Shown one piece after another: positions 36,901 to 53,200 of a DNA stretch of 64,000 nucleotides; position 1 is the first letter of the stretch, and every line of letters starts with the position of its first letter. The DNA comes from Auanema rhodensis (lineage: Eukaryota; Animalia; Nematoda). The notes under the pieces are model-generated. The model was not told where the DNA came from. It did no database searches and worked only from the letters and a program-made list of their open reading frames with translations. Where the stretch lies: contig OZ059900.1 in assembly GCA_964057225.1 (NCBI GenBank), positions 16,120,001 through 16,184,000 of the forward strand, written 5' to 3'. A program made the translations under genes and the position numbers.

Positions 36901-39900
36901 ACAACGTCTAGTTCCACTTTCACGACAAAAAAACAGGGGTCAGAAAATTAAGGAAATTAGCATATTCTGAGGGCACGCCCCTTATGGCTAATATTGATTA
37001 AATCGATTTTTGTTCATATGAGTCGTCAAATGCAACGAATTTCAGCGTGTTACATACTAAAATGAAGCATTTTACATGCTGAACACTAGAAAAATACAAA
37101 AACACAGTATTTCCCATGAGAAATATTTTATTATGCTGGAAAACCAGTTTTTGGAAATTTCGCTGTAAACAAGGTTTTGACTTACGATTTCATGTGTTCA
37201 AACTCATGCAATGTCAATGAAACCTAGCTCAAAATTGTTCGTACAACGTCTAGTTCCACTTTCACGACAAAAAAACAGGGGTTAGAAAATTAAGGAAATT
37301 AGCATATTCTGAGGGCACGCCCCTTATGGCTAATATTGATTAAATCGATTTTTGTTCATATGAGTCGTCAAATGCAACGAATTTCAGCGTGTTACATACT
37401 AAAATGAAGCATTTTACATGCTGAACACTAGAAGAATACAAAAACACAGTATTTCCCATGAGAAATATTTTATTATGCTGGAAAACCAGTTTTTGGAAAT
37501 TTCGCTGTAAACAAGGTTTTGACTTACGATTTCATGTGTTCAAACTCATGCAATGTCAATGAAACCTAGCTGAAAATTGTTCGTACAACGTCTAGTTCCA
37601 CTTTCACGACAAAAAACAGGGGTTAGAAAATTAAGGAAATTAGCATATTCTGAGGGCACGCCCCTTATGGCTAATATTGATTAAATCGATTTTTGTTCAT
37701 ATGAGTCGTCAAATGCAACGAATTTCAGCGTGTTACATACTAAAATGAAGCATTTTACATGCTGAACACTAGAAGAATACAAAAACACAGTATTTCCCAT
37801 GAGAAATATTTTATTATGCTGGAAAACCAGTTTTTGGAAATTTCGCTGTAAACAAGGTTTTGACTTACGATTTCATGTGTTCAAACTCATGCAATGTCAA
37901 TGAAACCTAGCTCAAAATTGTTCGTACAACGTCTAGTTCCACTTTCACGACAAAAAAACAGGGGTTAGAAAATTAAGGAAATTAGCATATTCTGAGGGCA
38001 CGCCCCTTATGGCTAATATTGATTAAATCGATTTTTGTTCATATGAGTCGTCAAATGCAACGAATTTCAGCGTGTTACATACTAAAACGAAGCATTTTAC
38101 ATGCTGAACACTAGAAGAACACAAAAACACAGTATTTCCCATGAGAAATATTTTATTATGCTGGAAAACCAGTTTTTGGAAATTTCGCTGTAAACAAGGT
38201 TTTGACTTACGATTTCATGTGTTCAAACTCATGCAATGTCAATGAAACCTAGCTCAAAATTGTTCGTACAACGTCTAGTTCCACTTTCACGACAAAAAAA
38301 CAGGGGTTAGAAAATTAAGGAAATTAGCATATTCTGAGGGCACGCCCCTTATGGCTAATATTGATTAAATCGATTTTTGTTCATATGAGTCGTCAAATGC
38401 AACGAATTTCAGCGTGTTACATACTAAAATGAAGCATTTTACATGCTGAACACTAGAAAAAAACAAAAACACAGTATTTCCCATGAGAAATATTTTATTA
38501 TGCTGGAAAACCAGTTTTTGGAAATTTCGCTGTAAACAAGGTTTTGACTTACGATTTCATGTGTTCAAACTCATGCAATGTCAATGAAACTTAGCTCAAA
38601 ATTGTTCGTACAACGTCTAGTTCCACTTTCACGACAAAAAAACAGGGGTTAGAAAATTAAGGAAATTAGCATATTCTGAGGGCACGCCCCTTATAGCTAA
38701 TATTGATTAAATCGATTTTTGTTCATATGAGTCGTCAAATGCAACGAATTTCAGCGTGTTACATACTAAAATGAAGCATTTTACATGCTGAACACTAGAA
38801 AAATACAAAAACACAGTATTTCCCATGAGAAATATTTTATTATGCTGGAAAACCAGTTTTTGGAAATTTCGCTGTAAACAAGGTTTTGACTTACGATTTC
38901 ATGTGTTCAAACTCATGCAATGTCAATGAAACCTAGCTCAAAATTGTTCGTACAACGTCTAGTTCCACTTTCACGACAAAAAAACAGGGGTTAGAAAATT
39001 AAGGAAATTAGCATATTCTGAGGGCACGCCCCTTATGGCTAATATTGATTAAATCGATTTTTGTTCATATGAGTCGTCAAATGCAACGAATTTCAGCGTG
39101 TTACATACTAAAATGAAGCATTTTACATGCTGAACACTAGAAAAATACAAAAACACAGTATTTCCCATGAGAAATATTTTATTATGCTGGAAAACCAGTT
39201 TTTGGAAATTTCGCTGTAAACAAGGTTTTGACTTACGATTTCATGTGTTCAAACTCATGCAATGTCAATGAAACCTAGCTCAAAATTGTTCGTACAACGT
39301 CTAGTTCCACTTTCACGACAAAAAAACAGGGGTCAGAAAATTAAGGAAATTAGCATATTCTGAGGGCACGCCCCTTATGGCTAATATTGATTAAATCGAT
39401 TTTTGTTCATATGAGTCGTCAAATGCAACGAATTTCAGCGTGTTACATACTAAAATGAAGCATTTTACATGCTGAACACTAGAAAAATACAAAAACACAG
39501 TATTTCCCATGAGAAATATTTTATTATGCTGGAAAACCAGTTTTTGGAAATTTCGCTGTAAACAAGGTTTTGACTTACGATTTCATGTGTTCAAACTCAT
39601 GCAATGTCAATGAAACCTAGCTCAAAATTGTTCGTACAACGTCTAGTTCCACTTTCACGACAAAAAAACAGGGGTTAGAAAATTAAGGAAATTAGCATAT
39701 TCTGAGGGCACGCCCCTTATGGCTAATATTGATTAAATCGATTTTTGTTCATATGAGTCGTCAAATGCAACGAATTTCAGCGTGTTACATACTAAAATGA
39801 ACCATTTTACATGCTGAACACTAGAAAAATACAAAAACACAGTATTTCCCATGAGAAATATTTTATTATGCTGGAAAACCAGTTTTTGGAAATTTCGCTG

Positions 39901-42900
39901 TAAACAAGGTTTTGACTTACGATTTCATGTGTTCAAACTCATGCAATGTCAATGAAACCTAGCTCAAAATTGTTCGTACAACGTCTAGTTCCACTTTCAC
40001 GACAAAAAAACAGGGGTTAGAAAATTAAGGAAATTAGCATATTCTGAGGGCACGCCCCTTATGGCTAATATTGATTAAATCGATTTTTGTTCATATGATT
40101 CGTCAAATGCAACGAATTTCAGCGTGTTACATACTAAAATGAAGCATTTTACATGCTGAACACTAGAAAAATACAAAAACACAGTATTTCCCATGAGAAA
40201 TATTTTATTATGCTGGAAAACCAGTTTTTGGAAATTTCGCTGTAAACAAGGTTTTGACTTACGATTTCATGTGTTCAAACTCATGCAATGTCAATGAAAC
40301 CTAGCTCAAAATTGTTCGTACAACGTCTAGTTCCACTTTCACGACAAAAAAACAGGGGTTAGAAAATTAAGGAAATTAGCATATTCTGAGGGCACGCCCC
40401 TTATGGCTAATATTGATTAAATCGATTTTTGTTCATATGAGTCGTCAAATGCAACGAATTTCAGCGTGTTACATACTAAAATGAAGCATTTTACATGCTG
40501 AACACTAGAAAAAAACAAAAACACAGTATTTCCCATGAGAAATATTTTATTATGCTGGAAAACCAGTTTTTGGAAATTTCGCTGTAAACAAGGTTTTGAC
40601 TTACGATTTCATGTGTTCAAACTCATGCAATGTCAATGAAACTTAGCTCAAAATTGTTCGTACAACGTCTAGTTCCACTTTCACGACAAAAAAACAGGGG
40701 TTAGAAAATTAAGGAAATTAGCATATTCTGAGGGCACGCCCCTTATAGCTAATATTGATTAAATCGATTTTTGTTCATATGAGTCGTCAAATGCAACGAA
40801 TTTCAGCGTGTTACATACTAAAATGAAGCATTTTACATGCTGAACACTAGAAAAATACAAAAACACAGTATTTCCCATGAGAAATATTTTATTATGCTGG
40901 AAAACCAGTTTTTGGAAATTTCGCTGTAAACAAGGTTTTGACTTACGATTTCATGTGTTCAAACTCATGCAATGTCAATGAAACCTAGCTCAAAATTGTT
41001 CGTACAACGTCTAGTTCCACTTTCACGACAAAAAAACAGGGGTTAGAAAATTAAGGAAATTAGCATATTCTGAGGGCACGCCCCTTATGGCTAATATTGA
41101 TTAAATCGATTTTTGTTCATATGAGTCGTCAAATGCAACGAATTTCAGCGTGTTACATACTAAAATGAAGCATTTTACATGCTGAACACTAGAAAAATAC
41201 AAAAACACAGTATTTCCCATGAGAAATATTTTATTATGCTGGAAAACCAGTTTTTGGAAATTTCGCTGTAAACAAGGTTTTGACTTACGATTTCATGTGT
41301 TCAAACTCATGCAATGTCAATGAAACCTAGCTCAAAATTGTTCGTACAACGTCTAGTTCCACTTTCACGACAAAAAAACAGGGGTCAGAAAATTAAGGAA
41401 ATTAGCATATTCTGAGGGCACGCCCCTTATGGCTAATATTGATTAAATCGATTTTTGTTCATATGAGTCGTCAAATGCAACGAATTTCAGCGTGTTACAT
41501 ACTAAAATGAAGCATTTTACATGCTGAACACTAGAAAAATACAAAAACACAGTATTTCCCATGAGAAATATTTTATTATGCTGGAAAACCAGTTTTTGGA
41601 AATTTCGCTGTAAACAAGGTTTTGACTTACGATTTCATGTGTTCAAACTCATGCAATGTCAATGAAACCTAGCTCAAAATTGTTCGTACAACGTCTAGTT
41701 CCACTTTCACGACAAAAAAACAGGGGTTAGAAAATTAAGGAAATTAGCATATTCTGAGGGCACGCCCCTTATGGCTAATATTGATTAAATCGATTTTTGT
41801 TCATATGAGTCGTCAAATGCAACGAATTTCAGCGTGTTACATACTAAAATGAACCATTTTACATGCTGAACACTAGAAAAATACAAAAACACAGTATTTC
41901 CCATGAGAAATATTTTATTATGCTGGAAAACCAGTTTTTGGAAATTTCGCTGTAAACAAGGTTTTGACTTACGATTTCATGTGTTCAAACTCATGCAATG
42001 TCAATGAAACCTAGCTCAAAATTGTTCGTACAACGTCTAGTTCCACTTTCACGACAAAAAAACAGGGGTTAGAAAATTAAGGAAATTAGCATATTCTGAG
42101 GGCACGCCCCTTATGGCTAATATTGATTAAATCGATTTTTGTTCATATGAGTCGTCAAATGCAACGAATTTCAGCGTGTTACATACTAAAATGAAGCATT
42201 TTACATGCTGAACACTAGAAAAATACAAAAACACAGTATTTCCCATGAGAAATATTTTATTATGCTGGAAAACCAGTTTTTGGAAATTTCGCTGTAAACA
42301 AGGTTTTGACTTACGATTTCATGTGTTCAAACTCATGCAATGTCAATGAAACCTAGCTCAAAATTGTTCGTACAACGTCTAGTTCCACTTTCACGACAAA
42401 AAAACAAGGGTTAGAAAATTAAGGAAATTAGCATATTCTGAGGGCACGCCCCTTATGGCTAATATTGATTAAATCGATTTTTGTTCATATGAGTCGTCAA
42501 ATGCAACGAATTTCAGCGTGTTACATACTAAAATGAAGTATTTTACATGCTGAACACTAGAAAAATACAAAAACACAGTATTTCCCATGAGAAATATTTT
42601 ATTATGCTGGAAAACCAGTTTTTGGAAATTTCGCTGTAAACAAGGTTTTGACTTACGATTTCATGTGTTCAAACTCATGCAATGTCAATGAAACCTAGCT
42701 CAAAAATGTTCATACAACGTCTAGTTCCACTTTCACGACAAAAAAACAGGGGTTAGAAAATTAAGGAAATTAGCATATTCTGAGGGCACGCCCCTTATGG
42801 CTAATATTGATTAAATCGATTTTTGTTCATATGAGTCGTTAAATGCAACGAATTTCAGCGTGTTACATACTAAAATGAAGCATTTTACATGCTGAACACT

Positions 42901-44229
42901 AGAAAAATACAAAAACACAGTATTTCCCATGAGAAATATTTTATTATGCTGGAAAACCAGTTTTTGGAAATTTCGCTGTAAACAAGGTTTTGACTTACGA
43001 TTTCATGTGTTCAAACTCATGCAATGTCAATGAAACCTAGCTCAAAAATGTTCATACAACGTCTAATTCCACTTTCACGACAAAAAAACAGGGGTTAGAA
43101 AATTAAGGAAATTAGCATATTCTGAGGGCACGCCCCTTATGGCTAATATTGATTAAATCGATTTTTGTTCATATGAGTCGTTAAATGCAACGAATTTCAG
43201 CGTGTTACATACTAAAATGAAGCATTTTACATGCTGAACACTAGAAAAATACAAAAACACAGTATTTCCCATGAGAAATATTTTATTATGCTGGAAAACC
43301 AGTTTTTGGAAATTTCGCTGTAAACAAGGTTTTGACTTACGATTTCATGTGTTCAAACTCATGCAATGTCAATGAAACCTAGCTCAAAATTGTTCGTACA
43401 ACGTCTAGTTCCACTTTCACGACAAAAAAACAGGGGTTAGAAAATTAAGGAAATTAGCATATTCTGAGGGCACGCCCCTTATGGCTAATATTGATTAAAT
43501 CGATTTTTGTTCATATGAGTCGTCAAATGCAACGAATTTCAGCGTGTTACATACTAAAATGAACCATTTTACATGCTGAACACTAGAAAAATACGAAAAC
43601 ACAGTATTTCCCATGAGAAATATTTTATTATGCTGGAAAACCAGTTTTTGGAAATTTCGCTGTAAACAAGGTTTTGACTTACGATTTCATGTGTTCAAAC
43701 TCATGCAATGTCAATGAAACCTAGCTCAAAATTGTTCGTACAACGTCTAGTTCCACTTTCACGACAAAAAAACAGGGGTTAGAAAATTAAGGAAATTAGC
43801 ATATTCTGAGGGCACGCCCCTTATGGCTAATATTGATTAAATCGATTTTTGTTCATATGATTCGTCAAATGCAACGAATTTCAGCGTGTTACATACTAAA
43901 ATGAAGCATTTTACATGCTGAACACTAGAAAAATACAAAAACACAGTATTTCCCATGAGAAATATTTTATTATGCTGGAAAACCAGTTTTTGGAAATTTC
44001 GCTGTAAACAAGGTTTTGACTTACGATTTCATGTGTTCAAACTCATGCAATGTCAATGAAACCTAGCTCAAAATTGTTCGTACAACGTCTAGTTCCACTT
44101 TCACGACAAAAAAACAAGGGTTAGAAAATTAAGAAAATTAGCATATTCTGAGGGCACGCCCCTTATGGCTAATATTGATTAAATCGATTTTTGTTCATAT
44201 GAGTCGTCAAATGCAACGAATTTCAGCGT

Positions 44230-47200
44230 GTTACATACTAAAATGAAGTATTTTACATGCTGAACACTAGAAAAATACAAAAACACAGTATTTCCCATGA
44301 GAAATATTTTATTATGCTGGAAAACCAGTTTTTGGAAATTTCGCTGTAAACAAGGTTTTGACTTACGATTTCATGTGTTCAAACTCATGCAATGTCAATG
44401 AAACCTAGCTCAAAAATGTTCATACAACGTCTAGTTCCACTTTCACGACAAAAAAACAGGGGTTAGAAAATTAAGGAAATTAGCATATTCTGAGGGCACG
44501 CCCCTTATGGCTAATATTGATTAAATCGATTTTTGTTCATATGAGTCGTTAAATGCAACGAATTTCAGCGTGTTACATACTAAAATGAAGCATTTTACAT
44601 GCTGAACACTAGAAGAATACAAAAACACAGTATTTCCCATGAGAAATATTTTATTATGCTGGAAAACCAGTTTTTGGAAATTTCGCTGTAAACAAGGTTT
44701 TGACTTACGATTTCATGTGTTCAAACTCATGCAATGTCAATGAAACCTAGCTCAAAATTATTCGTACAACGTCTAGTTCCACTTTCACGACAAAAAACAG
44801 GGGTTAGAAATTTAAGGAAATTAGCATATTCTGAGGGCACGCCCCTTATGGCTAATATTGATTAAATCGATTTTTGTTCATATGAGTCGTCAAATGCAAC
44901 GAATTTCAGCGTGTTACATACTAAAATGAAGCATTTTACATGCTGAACACTAGAAAAATACAAAAACACAGTATTTCCCATGAGAAATATTTTATTATGC
45001 TGGAAAACCAGTTTTTGGAAATTTCGCTGTAAACAAGGTTTTGACTTACGATTTCATGTGTTCAAACTCATGCAATGTCAATGAAACCTAGCTCAAAATT
45101 GTTCGTACAACGTCTAGTTCCACTTTCACGACAAAAAAACAGGGGTTAGAAAATTAAGGAAATTAGCATATTCTGAGGGCACGCCCCTTATGGCTAATAT
45201 TGATTAAATCGATTTTTGTTCATATGAGTCGTCAAATGCAACGAATTTCAGCGTGCTACATACTAAAATGAAGCATTTTACATGCTGAACACTAGAAATA
45301 TACAAAAACACAGTATTTCCCATGAGAAATATTTTATTATGCTGGAAAACCAGTTTTTGGAAATTTCGCTGTAAACAAGGTTTTGACTTACGATTTCATG
45401 TGTTCAAACTCATGCAATGTCAATGAAACCTAGCTCAAAATTGTTCGTACAACGTCTAGTTCCACTTTCACGACAAAAAAACAGGGGTTAGAAAATTAAG
45501 GAAATTAGCATATTCTGAGGGCACGCCCCTTATGGCTAATATTGATTAAATCGATTTTTGTTCATATGAGTCGTCAAATGCAACGAATTTCAGCGTGTTA
45601 CATACTAAAATGAAGCATTTTACATGCTGAACACTAGAAGAATACAAAAACACAGTATTTCCCATGAGAAATATTTTATTATGCTGGAAAACCAGTTTTT
45701 GGAAATTTCGCTGTAAACAAGGTTTTGACTTACGATTTCATGTGTTCAAACTCATGCAATGTCAATGAAACCTAGCTCAAAATTGTTCGTACAACGTCTA
45801 GTTCCACTTTCACGACAAAAAAACAGGGGTTAGAAAATTAAGGAAATTAGCATATTCTGAGGGCACGCCCCTTATGGCTAATATTGATTAAATCGATTTT
45901 TGTTCATATGAGTCGTCAAATGCAACGAATTTCAGCGTGTTACATACTAAAATGAAGCATTTTACATGCTGAACACTAGAAGAATACAAAAACACAGTAT
46001 TTCCCATGAGAAATATTTTATTATGCTGGAAAACCAGTTTTTGGAAATTTCGCTGTAAACAAGGTTTTGACTTACGATTTCATGTGTTCAAACTCATGCA
46101 ATGTCAATGAAACCTAGCTCAAAATTGTTCGTACAACGTCTAGTTCCACTTTCACGACAAAAAAACAGGGGTTAGAAAATTAAGGAAATTAGCATATTCT
46201 GAGGGCACGCCCCTTATGGCTAATATTGATTAAATCGATTTTTGTTCATATGAGTCGTCAAATGCAACGAATTTCAGCGTGTTACATACTAAAATGAAGC
46301 ATTTTACATGCTGAACACTAGAAGAATACAAAAACACAGTATTTCCCATGAGAAATATTTTATTATGCTGGAAAACCAGTTTTTGGAAATTTCGCTGTAA
46401 ACAAGGTTTTGACTTACGATTTCATGTGTTCAAACTCATGCAATGTCAATGAAACCTAGCTCAAAATTGTTCGTACAACGTCTAGTTCCACTTTCACGAC
46501 AAAAAAACAGGGGTTAGAAAATTAAGGAAATTAGCATATTCTGAGGGCACGCCCCTTATGGCTAATATTGATTAAATCGATTTTTGTTCATATGAGTCGT
46601 CAAATGCAACGAATTTCAGCGTGTTACATACTAAAATGAAGTATTTTACATGCTGAACACTAGAAAAATACAAAAACACAGTATTTCCCATGAGAAATAT
46701 TTTATTATGCTGGAAAACCAGTTTTTGGAAATTTCGCTGTAAACAAGGTTTTGACTTACGATTTCATGTGTTCAAACTCATGCAATGTCAATGAAACCTA
46801 GCTCAAAATTGTTCGTACAACGTCTAGTTCCACTTTCACGACAAAAAACAGGGGTTAGAAATTTAAGGAAATTAGCATATTCTGAGGGCACGCCCCTTAT
46901 GGCTAATATTGATTAAATCGATTTTTGTTCATATGAGTCGTCAAATGCAACGAATTTCAGCGTGTTACATACTAAAATGAAGCATTTTACATGCTGAACA
47001 CTAGAAAAATACAAAAACACAGTATTTCCCATGAGAAATATTTTATTATGCTGGAAAACCAGTTTTTGGAAATTTCGCTGTAAACAAGGTTTTGACTTAC
47101 GATTTCATGTGTTCAAACTCATGCAATGTCAATGAAACCTAGCTCAAAATTGTTCGTACAACGTCTAGTTCCACTTTCACGACAAAAAAACAGGGGTTAG

Positions 47201-50200
47201 AAAATTAAGGAAATTAGCATATTCTGAGGGCACGCCCCTTATGGCTAATATTGATTAAATCGATTTTTGTTCATATGAGTCGTCAAATGCAACGAATTTC
47301 AGCGTGCTACATACTAAAATGAAGCATTTTACATGCTGAACACTAGAAATATACAAAAACACAGTATTTCCCATGAGAAATATTTTATTATGCTGGAAAA
47401 CCAGTTTTTGGAAATTTCGCTGTAAACAAGGTTTTGACTTACGATTTCATGTGTTCAAACTCATGCAATGTCAATGAAACCTAGCTCAAAATTGTTCGTA
47501 CAACGTCTAGTTCCACTTTCACGACAAAAAAACAGGGGTTAGAAAATTAAGGAAATTAGCATATTCTGAGGGCACGCCCCTTATGGCTAATATTGATTAA
47601 ATCGATTTTTGTTCATATGAGTCGTCAAATGCAACGAATTTCAGCGTGTTACATACTAAAATGAAGCATTTTACATGCTGAACACTAGAAGAATACAAAA
47701 ACACAGTATTTCCCATGAGAAATATTTTATTATGCTGGAAAACCAGTTTTTGGAAATTTCGCTGTAAACAAGGTTTTGACTTACGATTTCATGTGTTCAA
47801 ACTCATGCAATGTCAATGAAACCTAGCTCAAAATTGTTCGTACAACGTCTAGTTCCACTTTCACGACAAAAAAACAGGGGTTAGAAAATTAAGGAAATTA
47901 GCATATTCTGAGGGCACGCCCCTTATGGCTAATATTGATTAAATCGATTTTTGTTCATATGAGTCGTCAAATGCAACGAATTTCAGCGTGTTACATACTA
48001 AAATGAAGCATTTTACATGCTGAACACTAGAAGAATACAAAAACACAGTATTTCCCATGAGAAATATTTTATTATGCTGGAAAACCAGTTTTTGGAAATT
48101 TCGCTGTAAACAAGGTTTTGACTTACGATTTCATGTGTTCAAACTCATGCAATGTCAATGAAACCTAGCTCAAAATTGTTCGTACAACGTCTAGTTCCAC
48201 TTTCACGACAAAAAAACAGGGGTTAGAAAATTAAGGAAATTAGCATATTCTGAGGGCACGCCCCTTATGGCTAATATTGATTAAATCGATTTTTGTTCAT
48301 ATGAGTCGTCAAATGCAACGAATTTCAGCGTGTTACATACTAAAATGAAGCATTTTACATGCTGAACACTAGAAGAATACAAAAACACAGTATTTCCCAT
48401 GAGAAATATTTTATTATGCTGGAAAACCAGTTTTTGGAAATTTCGCTGTAAACAAGGTTTTGACTTACGATTTCATGTGTTCAAACTCATGCAATGTCAA
48501 TGAAACCTAGCTCAAAATTGTTCGTACAACGTCTAGTTCCACTTTCACGACAAAAAAACAGGGGTTAGAAAATTAAGGAAATTAGCATATTCTGAGGGCA
48601 CGCCCCTTATGGCTAATACTGATTAAATCGATTTTTGTTCATATGAGTCGTCAAATGCAACGAATTTCAGCGTGTTACATACTAAAATGAAGCATTTTAC
48701 ATGCTGAACACTAGAAGAATACAAAAACACAGTATTTCCCATGAGAAATATTTTATTATGCTGGAAAACCAGTTTTTGGAAATTTCGCTGTAAACAAGGT
48801 TTTGACTTACGATTTCATGTGTTCAAACTCATGCAATGTCAATGAAACCTAGCTCAAAATTGTTCGTACAACGTCTAGTTCCACTTTCACGACAAAAAAA
48901 CAGGGGTTAGAAAATTAAGGAAATTAGCATATTCTGAGGGCACGCCCCTTATGGCTAATATTGATTAAATCGATTTTTGTTCATATGAGTCGTCAAATGC
49001 AACGAATTTCAGCGTGTTACATACTAAAATGAAGTATTTTACATGCTGAACACTAGAAAAATACAAAAACACAGTATTTCCCATGAGAAATATTTTATTA
49101 TGCTGGAAAACCAGTTTTTGGAAATTTCGCTGTAAACAAGGTTTTGACTTACGATTTCATGTGTTCAAACTCATGCAATGTCAATGAAACCTAGCTCAAA
49201 AATGTTCATACAACGTCTAGTTCCACTTTCACGACAAAAAAACAGGGGTTAGAAAATTAAGGAAATTAGCATATTCTGAGGGCACGCCCCTTATGGCTAA
49301 TATTGATTAAATCGATTTTTGTTCATATGAGTCGTTAAATGCAACGAATTTCAGCGTGTTACATACTAAAATGAAGCATTTTACATGCTGAACACTAGAA
49401 GAATACAAAAACACAGTATTTCCCATGAGAAATATTTTATTATGCTGGAAAACCAGTTTTTGGAAATTTCGCTGTAAACAAGGTTTTGACTTACGATTTC
49501 ATGTGTTCAAACTCATGCAATGTCAATGAAACCTAGCTCAAAATTGTTCGTACAACGTCTAGTTCCACTTTCACGACAAAAAACAGGGGTTAGAAATTTA
49601 AGGAAATTAGCATATTCTGAGGGCACGCCCCTTATGGCTAATATTGATTAAATCGATTTTTGTTCATATGAGTCGTCAAATGCAACGAATTTCAGCGTGT
49701 TACATACTAAAATGAAGCATTTTACATGCTGAACACTAGAAAAATACAAAAACACAGTATTTCCCATGAGAAATATTTTATTATGCTGGAAAACCAGTTT
49801 TTGGAAATTTCGCTGTAAACAAGGTTTTGACTTACGATTTCATGTGTTCAAACTCATGCAATGTCAATGAAACCTAGCTCAAAATTGTTCGTACAACGTC
49901 TAGTTCCACTTTCACGACAAAAAAACAGGGGTTAGAAAATTAAGGAAATTAGCATATTCTGAGGGCACGCCCCTTATGGCTAATATTGATTAAATCGATT
50001 TTTGTTCATATGAGTCGTCAAATGCAACGAATTTCAGCGTGCTACATACTAAAATGAAGCATTTTACATGCTGAACACTAGAAATATACAAAAACACAGT
50101 ATTTCCCATGAGAAATATTTTATTATGCTGGAAAACCAGTTTTTGGAAATTTCGCTGTAAACAAGGTTTTGACTTACGATTTCATGTGTTCAAACTCATG

Positions 50201-53200
50201 CAATGTCAATGAAACCTAGCTCAAAATTGTTCGTACAACGTCTAGTTCCACTTTCACGACAAAAAAACAGGGGTTAGAAAATTAAGGAAATTAGCATATT
50301 CTGAGGGCACGCCCCTTATGGCTAATATTGATTAAATCGATTTTTGTTCATATGAGTCGTCAAATGCAACGAATTTCAGCGTGTTACATACTAAAATGAA
50401 GCATTTTACATGCTGAACACTAGAAGAATACAAAAACACAGTATTTCCCATGAGAAATATTTTATTATGCTGGAAAACCAGTTTTTGGAAATTTCGCTGT
50501 AAACAAGGTTTTGACTTACGATTTCATGTGTTCAAACTCATGCAATGTCAATGAAACCTAGCTCAAAATTGTTCGTACAACGTCTAGTTCCACTTTCACG
50601 ACAAAAAAACAGGGGTTAGAAAATTAAGGAAATTAGCATATTCTGAGGGCACGCCCCTTATGGCTAATATTGATTAAATCGATTTTTGTTCATATGAGTC
50701 GTCAAATGCAACGAATTTCAGCGTGTTACATACTAAAATGAAGCATTTTACATGCTGAACACTAGAAGAATACAAAAACACAGTATTTCCCATGAGAAAT
50801 ATTTTATTATGCTGGAAAACCAGTTTTTGGAAATTTCGCTGTAAACAAGGTTTTGACTTACGATTTCATGTGTTCAAACTCATGCAATGTCAATGAAACC
50901 TAGCTCAAAATTGTTCGTACAACGTCTAGTTCCACTTTCACGACAAAAAAACAGGGGTTAGAAAATTAAGGAAATTAGCATATTCTGAGGGCACGCCCCT
51001 TATGGCTAATATTGATTAAATCGATTTTTGTTCATATGAGTCGTCAAATGCAACGAATTTCAGCGTGTTACATACTAAAATGAAGCATTTTACATGCTGA
51101 ACACTAGAAGAATACAAAAACACAGTATTTCCCATGAGAAATATTTTATTATGCTGGAAAACCAGTTTTTGGAAATTTCGCTGTAAACAAGGTTTTGACT
51201 TACGATTTCATGTGTTCAAACTCATGCAATGTCAATGAAACCTAGCTCAAAATTGTTCGTACAACGTCTAGTTCCACTTTCACGACAAAAAAACAGGGGT
51301 TAGAAAATTAAGGAAATTAGCATATTCTGAGGGCACGCCCCTTATGGCTAATATTGATTAAATCGATTTTTGTTCATATGAGTCGTCAAATGCAACGAAT
51401 TTCAGCGTGTTACATACTAAAATGAAGCATTTTACATGCTGAACACTAGAAAAAAACAAAAACACAGTATTTCCCATGAGAAATATTTTATTATGCTGGA
51501 AAACCAGTTTTTGGAAATTTCGCTGTAAACAAGGTTTTGACTTACGATTTCATGTGTTCAAACTCATGCAATGTCAATGAAACTTAGCTCAAAATTGTTC
51601 GTACAACGTCTAGTTCCACTTTCACGACAAAAAAACAGGGGTTAGAAAATTAAGGAAATTAGCATATTCTGAGGGCACGCCCCTTATAGCTAATATTGAT
51701 TAAATCGATTTTTGTTCATATGAGTCGTCAAATGCAACGAATTTCAGCGTGTTACATACTAAAATGAAGCATTTTACATGCTGAACACTAGAAAAATACA
51801 AAAACACAGTATTTCCCATGAGAAATATTTTATTATGCTGGAAAACCAGTTTTTGGAAATTTCGCTGTAAACAAGGTTTTGACTTACGATTTCATGTGTT
51901 CAAACTCATGCAATGTCAATGAAACCTAGCTCAAAAATGTTCATACAACGTCTAATTCCACTTTCACGACAAAAAAACAGGGGTTAGAAAATTAAGGAAA
52001 TTAGCATATTCTGAGGGCACGCCCCTTATGGCTAATATTGATTAAATCGATTTTTGTTCATATGAGTCGTTAAATGCAACGAATTTCAGCGTGTTACATA
52101 CTAAAATGAAGCATTTTACATGCTGAACACTAGAAAAATACAAAAACACAGTATTTCCCATGAGAAATATTTTATTATGCTGGAAAACCAGTTTTTGGAA
52201 ATTTCGCTGTAAACAAGGTTTTGACTTACGATTTCATGTGTTCAAACTCATGCAATGTCAATGAAACCTAGCTCAAAATTGTTCGTACAACGTCTAGTTC
52301 CACTTTCACGACAAAAAAACAGGGGTTAGAAAATTAAGGAAATTAGCATATTCTGAGGGCACGCCCCTTATGGCTAATATTGATTAAATCGATTTTTGTT
52401 CATATGAGTCGTCAAATGCAACGAATTTCAGCGTGTTACATACTAAAATGAACCATTTTACATGCTGAACACTAGAAAAATACGAAAACACAGTATTTCC
52501 CATGAGAAATATTTTATTATGCTGGAAAACCAGTTTTTGGAAATTTCGCTGTAAACAAGGTTTTGACTTACGATTTCATGTGTTCAAACTCATGCAATGT
52601 CAATGAAACCTAGCTCAAAATTGTTCGTACAACGTCTAGTTCCACTTTCACGACAAAAACACAGGGGTTAGAAAATTAAGGAAATTAGCATATTCTGAGG
52701 GCACGCCCCTTATGGCTAATATTGATTAAATCGATTTTTGTTCATATGATTCGTCAAATGCAACGAATTTCAGCGTGTTACATACTAAAATGAAGCATTT
52801 TACATGCTGAACACTAGAAAAATACAAAAACACAGTATTTCCCATGAGAAATATTTTATTATGCTGGAAAACCAGTTTTTGGAAATTTCGCTGTAAACAA
52901 GGTTTTGACTTACGATTTCATGTGTTCAAACTCATGCAATGTCAATGAAACCTAGCTCAAAAATGTTCATACAACGTCTAGTTCCACTTTCACGACAAAA
53001 AAACAGGGGTTAGAAAATTAAGGAAATTAGCATATTCTGAGGGCACGCCCCTTATGGCTAATATTGATTAAATCGATTTTTGTTCATATGAGTCGTCAAA
53101 TGCAACGAATTTCAGCGTGTTACATACTAAAATGAACCATTTTACATGCTGAACACTAGAAAAATACGAAAACACAGTATTTCCCATGAGAAATATTTTA